Below, piece by piece: positions 49,841 to 58,915 of a DNA stretch of 64,000 nucleotides. The notes under the pieces were generated by a model that had not been told where the DNA came from, ran no database searches, and saw only the letters and a program-made list of their open reading frames with translations. The position numbers and the translations under genes are program-made. How positions within the stretch are numbered: position 1 is the first letter of the stretch; each line of letters opens with the position of its first letter. Source of the DNA: a virus; the IMG/VR virus record IMGVR_UViG_3300043409_001491, positions 41,902-105,901 of that record. One strand, given 5' to 3'.

Positions 49841-50497
49841 ATGAGCATTGTAAAGGGATTAAAGAATATAGAAACCCTGCTCGAAAAGCCAAAGTATGAA
49901 AACGATGGACCAAAAGTAAAGTGGTTAAAACTTGCAGACGGTCAATCAGTAAAGATCCGATTTGTTGAGGAGTTAGATGAAGACTCAGCAAACTATAGCG
50001 AAAAACGTGGCTTGGCCCTAGTCGTCAAGGAACACACAAATCCAAAAGACTATAAGCGCAAGGCTGTAGACACAATGGAATCAGAAGGTCGTGACTGGGC
50101 AGAAGAAATGCACCGCAAAGACATGAAGGCTGGCTGGAGGGCCCGTCTACGTTTCTATTGCAACGTACTTGTTGATGATGGAATTGAGGCACCATATGTT
50201 GCAATTTGGAATATGGGAATTAGCAAGCAATCATCATTTAATACTATTCGTGAGTATGCCCTTGAAACAGGAAGCATCTCAAATGTATTGTGGAAGTTAA
50301 AGCGTAATGGTCAGGGTACTGAAACAAATTACACATTAATTCCTTCAGCACCAGACAAAGAGCCATTCAACTGGGGAACAGTTGAACCATATCCATTGGA
50401 GTCAGCACTAAAGAAGATTCCATATGCGGAACAAGAAGCGTTCTACTTGGGCTTTGATGGCCCTTCTACCACCTCAGCAACCAACGCTGATTGGTAG
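49841..50497 (+). CDS. Single-stranded DNA-binding protein (phage type)
   Basis: KWLKLADGQSVKIRF, RFYCNV, KRNGQGTETNY, acidic-aromatic tail; between primase and polymerase. Confidence 0.65.
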   Translation: MSIVKGLKNIETLLEKPKYENDGPKVKWLKLADGQSVKIRFVEELDEDSANYSEKRGLALVVKEHTNPKDYKRKAVDTMESEGRDWAEEMHRKDMKAGWRARLRFYCNVLVDDGIEAPYVAIWNMGISKQSSFNTIREYALETGSISNVLWKLKRNGQGTETNYTLIPSAPDKEPFNWGTVEPYPLESALKKIPYAEQEAFYLGFDGPSTTSATNADW

Positions 50498-50498
50498 T

Positions 50499-53400
50499 AT
50501 GAATTACGTAGGCTTACATGTCCATACCCATTTTAGTTTGTTTGATGGGATTGCTACTCCAGAAGAATATATAGACCGAGCAGTTGAACTTGGTATGCCA
50601 GCATTGGCTATTACAGATCACGGGACACTATCTGGGCATCGGGAACTGTACCGAGTTGCAAAAGCAAAGGGCATTAAGCCAATTCTAGGTCTAGAAGGAT
50701 ACATGTGTGCAGACATCTCTGATACAAGAGATAAGTCTGAAAGAGAAGGTCAACAAGATCTTGTCTATAACCACATTATCCTTCTAGCCAAGAATAAAAT
50801 AGGTCTAGAAAACCTTAACAAGATTAGCGAACTATCTTGGACAGATGGATTCTTTAAGAAACCAAGATTTGACTTTGCTATATTGGAAAAGTATAAAGAA
50901 GGAATTATTGTTTCTTCTGCATGTCCAAGCAGCGTTCTTGTAAAAGCGTTAGAAGAAGAAGAGTTTGCTCTTGCCAAAAAATATATTACTTGGTTTAAAG
51001 AACGCTTTGGCAGTGATTATTATATTGAGGTAATGCCACACACAGAAGCACACATTAATAAATATCTTATAGAACTTGCAGATGAGTTTGATATTAAAGT
51101 TATTGTTACTCCAGATTGTCACCATTCTGATCCATCACAAAAAGAAATTCAAGAGTTTAAACTTTTAATGAATACACACGCTAAAGTTGTTAAAGAAACA
51201 ACATTTGCAAAGGCATCAAAGCATTCTTCTATGATGGATAGACTTGATTACCTTTATGGTGAAGACCGCCAGATAACATTTAATAAGTTTGATATTCACC
51301 TTCTTTCCTATGAAGAGATTAAAACAGCCATGGAATTGCAGGGTATTGATCGACCAGACATCTACTCAAACACTTTATTACTAGCAGACACAGTAGAAGA
51401 CTATGACATTCAAGAAGGCCTAAACCTTTTGCCAGTACAGTACAAGAGCCCTGACAAAGAACTTGCAAAGGTTGCACTGGAAGGTTTGGTAGAGAGAGGT
51501 TTGTCAGAAAATCAAGAATACCTTGACAGACTTCAGGAAGAGTTGCAGATTATTAAAGATAAAAAGTTTGCACCATACTTCCTTGTTGTAAGCAATATGA
51601 TTAACTGGGCAAAGAAAGAAGGCATTATGGTTGGGCCAGGTAGAGGCTCTTCTGCTGGATCTCTTGTTTGTTATGCTTTAAAGATTACAGATATTGATCC
51701 AATTAAGCATGGACTTTTGTTTTTCCGTTTTATTAATCCAGATCGTAATGACTTTCCCGATATTGACACTGATATTCAAGATACTCGCCGTGATGAAGTT
51801 AAAGATTATTTAGTTAGACAGTACAGACATGTTGCATCTATCGCCACGTTCTTACAATTTAAAGATAAAGGAGTTGTACGAGATGTTGCACGAGTTTTAG
51901 ATATTCCGCTAACGGATGTTAACAAAGTTTTAAAGTTAGTAGATACTTGGGAAGATTTTTGTAGTTCTAAGTCAACAAGAGAGTTTAGGGAAAAATATCC
52001 AGAGGTGGAGGTTTATGGTGAACAGTTACGTGGTCGTATTCGTGGTACTGGTATACACGCTGCTGGTGTGGTCACTAGCAAAGATCCGATTTTTAGGTTT
52101 GCGCCGTTGGAGACGAGATCTTCTCCTGGGTCTGATGAACGTATACCTGTGGTTGGTGTCGACATGGAAGAGGCTGAACGCATCGGGCTTATAAAAATTG
52201 ATGCACTAGGACTTAAGACTCTTAGTGTTATTCAAGATGCAGTTGCTATGATTAAAGAAAATCATTATAAAGATATCGAATTGTTATCTATTGATATGGC
52301 AGATCCAAAAGTTTATGAAATGCTTTCTGATGGTTACACAAAAGGTGTCTTTCAGTGTGAAGCAACTCCATACACAAACCTTTTAGTTAAAATGGGTGTA
52401 AAGAATTTTGATGAACTTGCTGCATCAAATGCATTAGTTCGTCCAGGTGCAATGAATACAATTGGTAAAGACTATATTGCTCGTAAACATGGAAAACAAA
52501 ATGTTTCATATAGTCACCAGATTATGAAGCCATTTACTTCTGATACCTATGGATGTATTTTATATCAGGAACAAGTTATGCAGGCTTGCGTACACCTTGG
52601 TGGTATGTCAATGTCGGATGCAGATAAAGTTAGAAAGATTATTGGTAAAAAGAAAAATGCAAAAGAGTTTGATGCATACCAAGAACAGTTTGTTTCTGGT
52701 GCCTCTGCTTATATTGCACCAAATGATGCTCGTGATCTATGGCATGACTTTGAGGCTCACGCAGGGTATTCATTCAACAAGTCTCACGCAGTAGCATATT
52801 CAACCCTATCATATTGGACAGCATGGCTAAAGTATTATTATCCACTTGAGTTTATGTTTGCCCTTTTAAAAAATGAAAAGGACAAGGATGCAAGAACAGA
52901 GTATTTAATTGAAGCAAAGAGAATGAACATTCCAATTAAACTGCCACACATTAATGATTCTGATTTAGATTTTAAGATTGAAGGCAAAGGCATTCGTTTT
53001 GGCTTGACTGGTATTAAGTTTATATCAACAAACATTGCAGAAAAATATATTGCTGCTCGTCCATTTACATCTTATAAACAACTTGAAGAGTTTACCTTTA
53101 CAAAAGGCAATGGTGTCAATAGCCGTGCATTAAATGCATTGCGTGTTATTGGTGGAGCAACATTCTCAGATCAACCACGAAATGATGCAGAGATTAAAGA
53201 AAACCTGTATGAGTTCTTAAATCTTCCAGAGTTTAACATTAGTATACCTTCCCACTATTATGCATTTATACAAGACGTTGATTCTTTTGAAGAGAAGGGG
53301 TCTTTTATTTTAATGGGAATGGTTAAGGCAATTAAAAGAGGAAAGGGTTGGTCACGAGTTGAAATTTTGGACAAGACTGGTAGTGTTGGTATATTTGATG

Positions 53401-53771
53401 AAGAGTCTACGACTATTGAGACTGGTCGTACTTATCTTATTCTTGCAAATGATAATAGGATTGTTTCTGCAATACCTGTTGATGAAATAAAAGCATCTTC
53501 AAACGCTCTTGTTAGATTCTTAGGATATAAACAATTACCGTATAAAGATGATGAAATGTTTGTAGTTTCTTTTAAGCCTAGAATTACAAAGGCTGGCAAG
53601 AAGATGGCTTCATTAACCTTAGCAGATACCAGCAGAGACTTGCACTCTATCACTGTATTCCCAACGGCATTTCCAAAAGCATACATGAATATTGAAGAAG
53701 GTAAGGCATATAAGTTTAGTTTTGGTAAAACAAAAGATGGAACAATAACACTGGAGGATGTAAATGGTTAG
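50499..53771 (+). CDS. dnaE: DNA polymerase III alpha subunit
   Basis: PHP (HVHTHFS..DG, TDHG), GRGSSAGSL, PDIDTD, HAAGVV, KIDALGL, YSFNKSHA; start ATG 50499. Confidence 0.95.
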   Translation: MNYVGLHVHTHFSLFDGIATPEEYIDRAVELGMPALAITDHGTLSGHRELYRVAKAKGIKPILGLEGYMCADISDTRDKSEREGQQDLVYNHIILLAKNKIGLENLNKISELSWTDGFFKKPRFDFAILEKYKEGIIVSSACPSSVLVKALEEEEFALAKKYITWFKERFGSDYYIEVMPHTEAHINKYLIELADEFDIKVIVTPDCHHSDPSQKEIQEFKLLMNTHAKVVKETTFAKASKHSSMMDRLDYLYGEDRQITFNKFDIHLLSYEEIKTAMELQGIDRPDIYSNTLLLADTVEDYDIQEGLNLLPVQYKSPDKELAKVALEGLVERGLSENQEYLDRLQEELQIIKDKKFAPYFLVVSNMINWAKKEGIMVGPGRGSSAGSLVCYALKITDIDPIKHGLLFFRFINPDRNDFPDIDTDIQDTRRDEVKDYLVRQYRHVASIATFLQFKDKGVVRDVARVLDIPLTDVNKVLKLVDTWEDFCSSKSTREFREKYPEVEVYGEQLRGRIRGTGIHAAGVVTSKDPIFRFAPLETRSSPGSDERIPVVGVDMEEAERIGLIKIDALGLKTLSVIQDAVAMIKENHYKDIELLSIDMADPKVYEMLSDGYTKGVFQCEATPYTNLLVKMGVKNFDELAASNALVRPGAMNTIGKDYIARKHGKQNVSYSHQIMKPFTSDTYGCILYQEQVMQACVHLGGMSMSDADKVRKIIGKKKNAKEFDAYQEQFVSGASAYIAPNDARDLWHDFEAHAGYSFNKSHAVAYSTLSYWTAWLKYYYPLEFMFALLKNEKDKDARTEYLIEAKRMNIPIKLPHINDSDLDFKIEGKGIRFGLTGIKFISTNIAEKYIAARPFTSYKQLEEFTFTKGNGVNSRALNALRVIGGATFSDQPRNDAEIKENLYEFLNLPEFNISIPSHYYAFIQDVDSFEEKGSFILMGMVKAIKRGKGWSRVEILDKTGSVGIFDEESTTIETGRTYLILANDNRIVSAIPVDEIKASSNALVRFLGYKQLPYKDDEMFVVSFKPRITKAGKKMASLTLADTSRDLHSITVFPTAFPKAYMNIEEGKAYKFSFGKTKDGTITLEDVNG

Positions 53772-54774
53772 CATGGAAGAAGCATTAGCACAACTTGACC
53801 CAAAGTTAAGAAAAAAACTTGGTAACGGAGTTGGTATTAATTATGAGTACCAAGCAACACCTAGTTTTGGTTTAAACCGTGCACTAGGAGGAGGCCTTCC
53901 TTATGGTAGGCAAGTTCTTATCTGGGGCTCCAAGTCCTCTGCAAAGTCCTCTATGTGCCTTCAGATGATTGCTCTAGCACAAGCAGAAGGAAAACTATGT
54001 GCTTGGATTGATTCAGAAATGTCATACTCAGAAGACTGGGCTAGAACTCTTGGGGTAGATCCAGAAAAACTAATTTATTCACAAGCAAGAACTATTAGCG
54101 ATATGGTGGACGTTGGAGTTGGACTAATGAATGCGGGAGTTGATTTAATCGTGATAGACTCTATTACATCGATGCTTCCTGCTATCTACTTTGAAAAAGA
54201 TACAGATGACATGAAGGCTTTAGAGAATACCAAGCAGATTGGAGCAGAATCCCGTGACTTTAGCAATGCATGGAAAATGCTTAACTATGCTAATAATAAA
54301 GTTAAGCCTACTCTGCTTGTGCTTATTAGCCAGTCTCGTAATAATATTAATGCTATGTATACTAGTCAGCAGCCTTCTGGTGGTCAGGCTACTAAGTTTT
54401 ATTCCTCTTGCATTATTAAATTATTTAGTTCCGAGTCCGACAATCAAGCGATTAAAGGAAAGATTAAAGTAGGGGATAAATTAATTGAAGAAAAAATTGG
54501 TAGAAAGATTCGTTGGGAACTCCAGTTCTCTAAAACCTCTCCAGGGTTCCAAAACGGCGAGTATGATTTTTATTTTAGAGGTGACGATATTGGTATTGAT
54601 GCTATTGGTGATTTAGTTGACACAGCAGAAGCAGTAGGCCTAGTTAATCGTACTGGTGCTTGGTATCAACTTGATGATGGCACAAAGGTTCAAGGTAGAG
54701 AAGGTTTTATTAGTCGTGTTAAAGAAGATCTTGACTTACAAAAAAGTCTAAAGGACAAACTTGCCAATGGCTGA
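53764..54774 (+). CDS. recA: RecA-like recombinase
   Basis: ALGGGLPYGR, AWIDSE, IVIDSI, SGGQATKFYSS, GAWY. Confidence 0.9.
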   Translation: MVSMEEALAQLDPKLRKKLGNGVGINYEYQATPSFGLNRALGGGLPYGRQVLIWGSKSSAKSSMCLQMIALAQAEGKLCAWIDSEMSYSEDWARTLGVDPEKLIYSQARTISDMVDVGVGLMNAGVDLIVIDSITSMLPAIYFEKDTDDMKALENTKQIGAESRDFSNAWKMLNYANNKVKPTLLVLISQSRNNINAMYTSQQPSGGQATKFYSSCIIKLFSSESDNQAIKGKIKVGDKLIEEKIGRKIRWELQFSKTSPGFQNGEYDFYFRGDDIGIDAIGDLVDTAEAVGLVNRTGAWYQLDDGTKVQGREGFISRVKEDLDLQKSLKDKLANG

Positions 54775-54952
54775 AACAAATTTTAAGGTTTTTACTGGTG
54801 AGTTTATTTGTCAAAAATGTAAATTGCCTGTTACATCTTTAAGGCTTTGGACAGAAACGGGTGATGCTACGTGGATGTGCACATCAAAACATGTATCAAG
54901 AGTTGGTCTTATTCCATCTAAAAAGAAAAAAAGGGACTTTGAAGATGAGTGA
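54767..54952 (+). CDS. Small zinc-binding protein
   Basis: CQKC...CTSKH. Confidence 0.55.
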   Translation: MAETNFKVFTGEFICQKCKLPVTSLRLWTETGDATWMCTSKHVSRVGLIPSKKKKRDFEDE

Positions 54953-55256
54953 AAGATCAGAATCTAAAAGAATGGGTGCTAAGCAACATAAAAACAGTGG
55001 CCGCAACAACACTAAAGGCGATGCTTCCTGGAATAATTTTGTAATAGACTTTAAAGAATGCTCAAAATCTTTTACATTAAACCAAGATGTTTGGGCTAAG
55101 GCCACAACTGATGCATTAAAGAAAAGCATGGACCCTGCTTTAGTTATTGTACTTGGCGAGGGTACGCAAAAGGTACGCCTTGCTATAATAGAATTAGATA
55201 TGTTAGAACAATTAATAGAGGAGAATAATAATGGAACCAACAAAGACAACACTTGA
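54945..55256 (+). CDS. PD-(D/E)XK nuclease, Holliday junction resolvase-like
   Basis: E...NSGR...KGD......IDFK. Confidence 0.6.
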   Translation: MSERSESKRMGAKQHKNSGRNNTKGDASWNNFVIDFKECSKSFTLNQDVWAKATTDALKKSMDPALVIVLGEGTQKVRLAIIELDMLEQLIEENNNGTNKDNT

Positions 55257-55536
55257 GCAGGTCAATGGATTAGCAGAAATTGCAGAATTTATGGATGATG
55301 AAGAGTTGACGGTAGCGTTGACAATGATTGCTAAGATAATCATTAAGCCAGATATTCCTATACAGGTTGCAAGTCTAGAAATTGTTAGACTCCAGGCTAT
55401 AGCCGCTAAGATGGCTTTAAAGGCTACTTGGATGGCCAACGTAGACAAAAGTAATAGAGCAAAAAAGAACATTTACTATACTGCAGCAGAATCAATTAAC
55501 TCTCTTGTTTCAGCACTCAAGTATTTAATACGATAA
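55231..55536 (+). CDS. Hypothetical helical protein
   Basis: Open ORF with GAGGAG RBS. Confidence 0.6.
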   Translation: MEPTKTTLEQVNGLAEIAEFMDDEELTVALTMIAKIIIKPDIPIQVASLEIVRLQAIAAKMALKATWMANVDKSNRAKKNIYYTAAESINSLVSALKYLIR

Positions 55537-55544
55537 GCGTAACC

Positions 55545-55553
55545 TGCTATACT
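55545..55553 (+). promoter_or_regulatory. Extended -10 promoter
   Basis: TGCTATACT upstream of AGGGG RBS. Confidence 0.5.
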
Positions 55554-55573
55554 TATATAAACAAGGGGATATA

Positions 55574-56359
55574 ATGACAAAAAATTTACTACATACAATA
55601 ATGATTAGAGAAGTTGAAACACCAGAACAAATAGATGCAAAAGAATTAGTTAATGTTATTCAGCAAGGGTATCTTGTAGGCAGAGATCCTGAGCATAAGC
55701 AGAAAAAAACTTTTGGTCCATCTACAATTGCATACGGTTATGGAGAATGTCCAAGATACTGGTATCTTGCTTTTGAGGGTGCAGTTTTTGAAGATAACTC
55801 AGATGCCTACGCAGTAGCAAACATGACTAATGGTACTCTTTCTCATAGCCGAATTGAGGCAGCGTTTAAAAACTCTGGCATTTCAATTAACTCTGAATTT
55901 AAACTGTTCCATGATGATCCACCAATTTTTGGGTATGTGGATAACTTTATTCAATGGAAGGGTGATGAGATTGTTGTTGAAGTTAAGACAACAAACAATG
56001 AGGTATTTGAATATCGTAAGCGCACAAACAAGCCAAAGATGGGTCACGTAGTTCAGTTGCTTATTTATATGAAGGTCCTTAAAAAATCTAAGGGTATTTT
56101 AGTTTATGAAAATAAGAACAATCACGAACTACTAATTATTCCAGTAGAAGTAAACGATCACTACAGAGCCTGGATTGATATGGCTTTTCAGTGGATGCGT
56201 GACGTTCGTAAGGTTTGGGAAGATAAGACTCTTCCTACAAAAAACTATAGATCTAATTCAAAAATTTGCAAGACCTGTCCTGTTAAAAAGGCTTGCGGAG
56301 AAGCAGGGGTGGGCGTAATAAAAATAGCATCCCTGGAGGAACTGCGTGAAACTATGTAG
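55574..56359 (+). CDS. Cas4-like PD-(D/E)XK exonuclease
   Basis: CPRYWY, GT..H, GYVD, EVKT, QLLIY, C-terminal CKTCPVKKAC. Confidence 0.8.
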   Translation: MTKNLLHTIMIREVETPEQIDAKELVNVIQQGYLVGRDPEHKQKKTFGPSTIAYGYGECPRYWYLAFEGAVFEDNSDAYAVANMTNGTLSHSRIEAAFKNSGISINSEFKLFHDDPPIFGYVDNFIQWKGDEIVVEVKTTNNEVFEYRKRTNKPKMGHVVQLLIYMKVLKKSKGILVYENKNNHELLIIPVEVNDHYRAWIDMAFQWMRDVRKVWEDKTLPTKNYRSNSKICKTCPVKKACGEAGVGVIKIASLEELRETM

Positions 56360-56636
56360 CATCTGCCACTCATCTTTTAAGGCTGCAGTAAGTTATCAAA
56401 TTTACTGTGGCAAGGTTTGTAGAGACCTTGCAACTAAAGAAAAAATTGCAGAAAGATATGCTGTTACAAAAAGACAAAAAAGAAAAAACAAGATACGTCT
56501 TTGTCTTGGAGGATGTGGTCAAGACCTATCTATATATAACGATTCTGGATTTTGTGCTAACTGCAATGTTAGCGAAAAAGCAGTTGCAAAAATGTTAAAA
56601 GAACTGAAAGGTTATATTGATTATGAGCAAGAATAA
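56346..56636 (+). CDS. Cys-rich zinc-binding protein
   Basis: CSIC, YCGKVC, CLGGC, CANC. Confidence 0.65.
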   Translation: MKLCSICHSSFKAAVSYQIYCGKVCRDLATKEKIAERYAVTKRQKRKNKIRLCLGGCGQDLSIYNDSGFCANCNVSEKAVAKMLKELKGYIDYEQE

Positions 56637-57219
56637 ATGGGGATTAGAGATGATGCCTAAAACTATTTGTGCTATTGATGCTAGTACTAATAGTCTTGCT
56701 TTTGCTTTGTTTGATACCGAACAAAAAACGTTGGGCACTATTGGAAAGATTAACTTTGAAGGTAAGGACACATACGAAAAGGTTATGGATGCAGGGCAAA
56801 AGGTTAAGGCTTTCTTTGATTACTATAATGGTTTTGAAGCAATCGTAATTGAGCATACTGTCTTTATGAATAGCCCTAAGACCGCTGCAGATCTTGCATT
56901 GGTTCAGGGTGCTATTCTTGGGGCAGCAGGTCAATCTGGAACAAAAGCCATTGGCAAGGTTGCCCCAATTACTTGGCAAATATTTTTAGGGAATGGTAAA
57001 TTAACTAAAGATGAAAAGTTTTTAATAAGATCAAAGAATCCAGGTAAGTCAGAAGCCTGGCATAAGTCAAATGAAAGAGAAATAAGAAAACAAAAAACTA
57101 TTAGGTTTATTAATATGCAATATGATAGAAATATAGTTGATAATGATGTTGCAGATGCCTGTGGTATTGGGCATTGGGCAATAAAAAACTGGGACAAAGC
57201 AATAGGAGATAATAAATAA
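56623..57219 (+). CDS. RuvC-like resolvase
   Basis: ICAIDAST, IVIEH, LALVQGAI, DVADACGIG. Confidence 0.75.
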   Translation: MSKNKWGLEMMPKTICAIDASTNSLAFALFDTEQKTLGTIGKINFEGKDTYEKVMDAGQKVKAFFDYYNGFEAIVIEHTVFMNSPKTAADLALVQGAILGAAGQSGTKAIGKVAPITWQIFLGNGKLTKDEKFLIRSKNPGKSEAWHKSNEREIRKQKTIRFINMQYDRNIVDNDVADACGIGHWAIKNWDKAIGDNK

Positions 57220-57863
57220 TGGCAGAGTTAAATGCAAACATACCACCAATAAACTGTTATGTAAGAGGAAACTACTTAAGAAACCATCAAGATAGCCACG
57301 ACAAATATTTTGAGTGCGTAGTCTTTGGTGTTTCAAGTTTAAAGTCTAGAAGTCCACTATTTCATATTTTGATGCCAGACGGTGGCCTTTGGTGGAGGCT
57401 TCCAATTTCTGCCTTCTGTACTGAGCCAGGAGTCCCAGAAGTTGATCTACACAACCTGGTGCTATGGAATTCTTTTAGTCACCATATTGCGGTAACAAGA
57501 TTTGAAAATTTAACAAACCTTAGAATGTCCTATATTGATAGAACAAAGACAATGCATAAAGGAACATATCTATTTACATTAGACTGGCATAACCCAGATA
57601 GCAATGTCTTAGATGATGGATATTCTGAAAGTCCTGCAGACCATAAATGTGGGCATGTCATTCAAAGAGATGATGGCAATTTTGCAATTCAACCTAATAA
57701 CAGGGTCAGGGTATACGAACCTTCCTTTACGCTAGAAAAAGAGTATTTGATTGAAAGAATAATCAATGAAAAGAAGTATGACGTAGAAAATCAAGATAAG
57801 TGGATGATGGAAAACTCTAATAGGTTTAACTATGATATTGACTTAAACCAGGTTGACAAATAG
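57219..57863 (+). CDS. Hypothetical phage protein
   Basis: LNANIPP, WRLPISAF, GTYLFTLDW, HKCGH, GNFAIQPNNR. Confidence 0.7.
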   Translation: MAELNANIPPINCYVRGNYLRNHQDSHDKYFECVVFGVSSLKSRSPLFHILMPDGGLWWRLPISAFCTEPGVPEVDLHNLVLWNSFSHHIAVTRFENLTNLRMSYIDRTKTMHKGTYLFTLDWHNPDSNVLDDGYSESPADHKCGHVIQRDDGNFAIQPNNRVRVYEPSFTLEKEYLIERIINEKKYDVENQDKWMMENSNRFNYDIDLNQVDK

Positions 57864-57881
57864 CCATATGACTGCTAAACT
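57853..57881 (+). promoter_or_regulatory. SigA-type promoter
   Basis: TTGACA-17nt-TAAACT with TGn extension. Confidence 0.55.
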
Positions 57882-58023
57882 GTATACATCAGAAGTCTAT
57901 ATGCGTAAGCGTTATCTTATGGATAAAAAGACTCCAGAGGAAATTGCTAAAGAATGCGGAGCCAGTGTTGAGACTATCTACGTATATCTTGCAAAATTTA
58001 ATCTAAGGAAAAGCAAACGATGA
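57868..58023 (+). CDS. Small HTH DNA-binding protein, 51 aa (not in ORF track)
   Basis: MTAKLYTSEVYMRKRYLMDKKTPEEIAKECGASVETIYVYLAKFNLRKSKR. Confidence 0.7.
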   Translation: MTAKLYTSEVYMRKRYLMDKKTPEEIAKECGASVETIYVYLAKFNLRKSKR

Positions 58024-58154
58024 AAAGATTTAAACAGTTATTGTTTACATTAATGCTGATTGGCTCAGCAGGACTTGCCTACGCTATTTTTACCATTAAA
58101 AATATTCCAGAGATTTTTGATTGGAGTTTAGATGAAGAGGTTGATGATGAGTAA
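58020..58154 (+). CDS. Small membrane protein, 44 aa (not in ORF track)
   Basis: MKRFKQLLFTLMLIGSAGLAYAIFTIK...acidic tail; ATGA overlap. Confidence 0.55.
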   Translation: MKRFKQLLFTLMLIGSAGLAYAIFTIKNIPEIFDWSLDEEVDDE

Positions 58155-58389
58155 TGATCTTAACATTACTGTTGATCAGGTAAACCACCCTGTACATTAC
58201 ACAACAGACCCATCTGGAATTGAATGTCTTCAGATTACTAGACATCGCAATTTTAATATTGGAAATGCTTTTAAGTACTTGTGGAGAGCAGGAATTAAAG
58301 ATGAAGCAAAAACTATTCAAGATTTAGAAAAGGCCATCTTTTATATTAAAGATGAAATAAATAGACTAGAGGGAAAGTATGTCAACTGA
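58147..58389 (+). CDS. DUF3310/SaV-like protein (T7 gp1.7-like)
   Basis: VNHP.HY, GIEC, GNAFKYLWRAG.K, QDLEKA.FY. Confidence 0.8.
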   Translation: MSNDLNITVDQVNHPVHYTTDPSGIECLQITRHRNFNIGNAFKYLWRAGIKDEAKTIQDLEKAIFYIKDEINRLEGKYVN

Positions 58390-58915
58390 GACAGAACTTA
58401 TTCAACATCTTGATCAAGTAAATCAAGTAGTTACAGAATACCTAAAAGGTAATGATCCAACAGTTATTTCTAAAGAGTTAGACATTCCACGTACTCGTGT
58501 TGTGTCTTTAATTAATGAGTGGAAGGTTATGGCGTCTGCAAATGATGCTATTCGTGCCCGTGCAAAAGAGGCTTTGGTTGGTGCAGATACACACTATACA
58601 AAGTTAATTACAAAAGCATATGAGGTTATTGATGAGGCAAGTCTATCAACAAACCTTAGTGCCAAAACTGCTGGAATTAAATTAGTATTAGACATTGAAT
58701 CAAGAAGAATTGATATGCTACAAAAGGCTGGTCTTCTTGAGAACAAAGAACTAGCAGAAGAGATGATTGAAATTGAAAGACGACAAGAAGTTCTTGTTGG
58801 AATCTTAAGAGACATTGCCTCAGAGCATCCAGAAGTACGTGACATTATAATGAAGAGACTTTCTGTTATTGCAAAAGAAGGAGAAGTGATTACTGTTGTC
58901 CACGATGTTCAATGA
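58379..58915 (+). CDS. Putative terminase small subunit
   Basis: N-terminal HTH (ISKELDIPRTRV), helical, overlaps terL start. Confidence 0.6.
   Translation: MSTETELIQHLDQVNQVVTEYLKGNDPTVISKELDIPRTRVVSLINEWKVMASANDAIRARAKEALVGADTHYTKLITKAYEVIDEASLSTNLSAKTAGIKLVLDIESRRIDMLQKAGLLENKELAEEMIEIERRQEVLVGILRDIASEHPEVRDIIMKRLSVIAKEGEVITVVHDVQ

Noticed and set aside
50424-50498. N-terminal extension of DnaE in the ORF track
   Set aside because: Overlaps the ssb gene; the PHP domain begins right after ATG 50499
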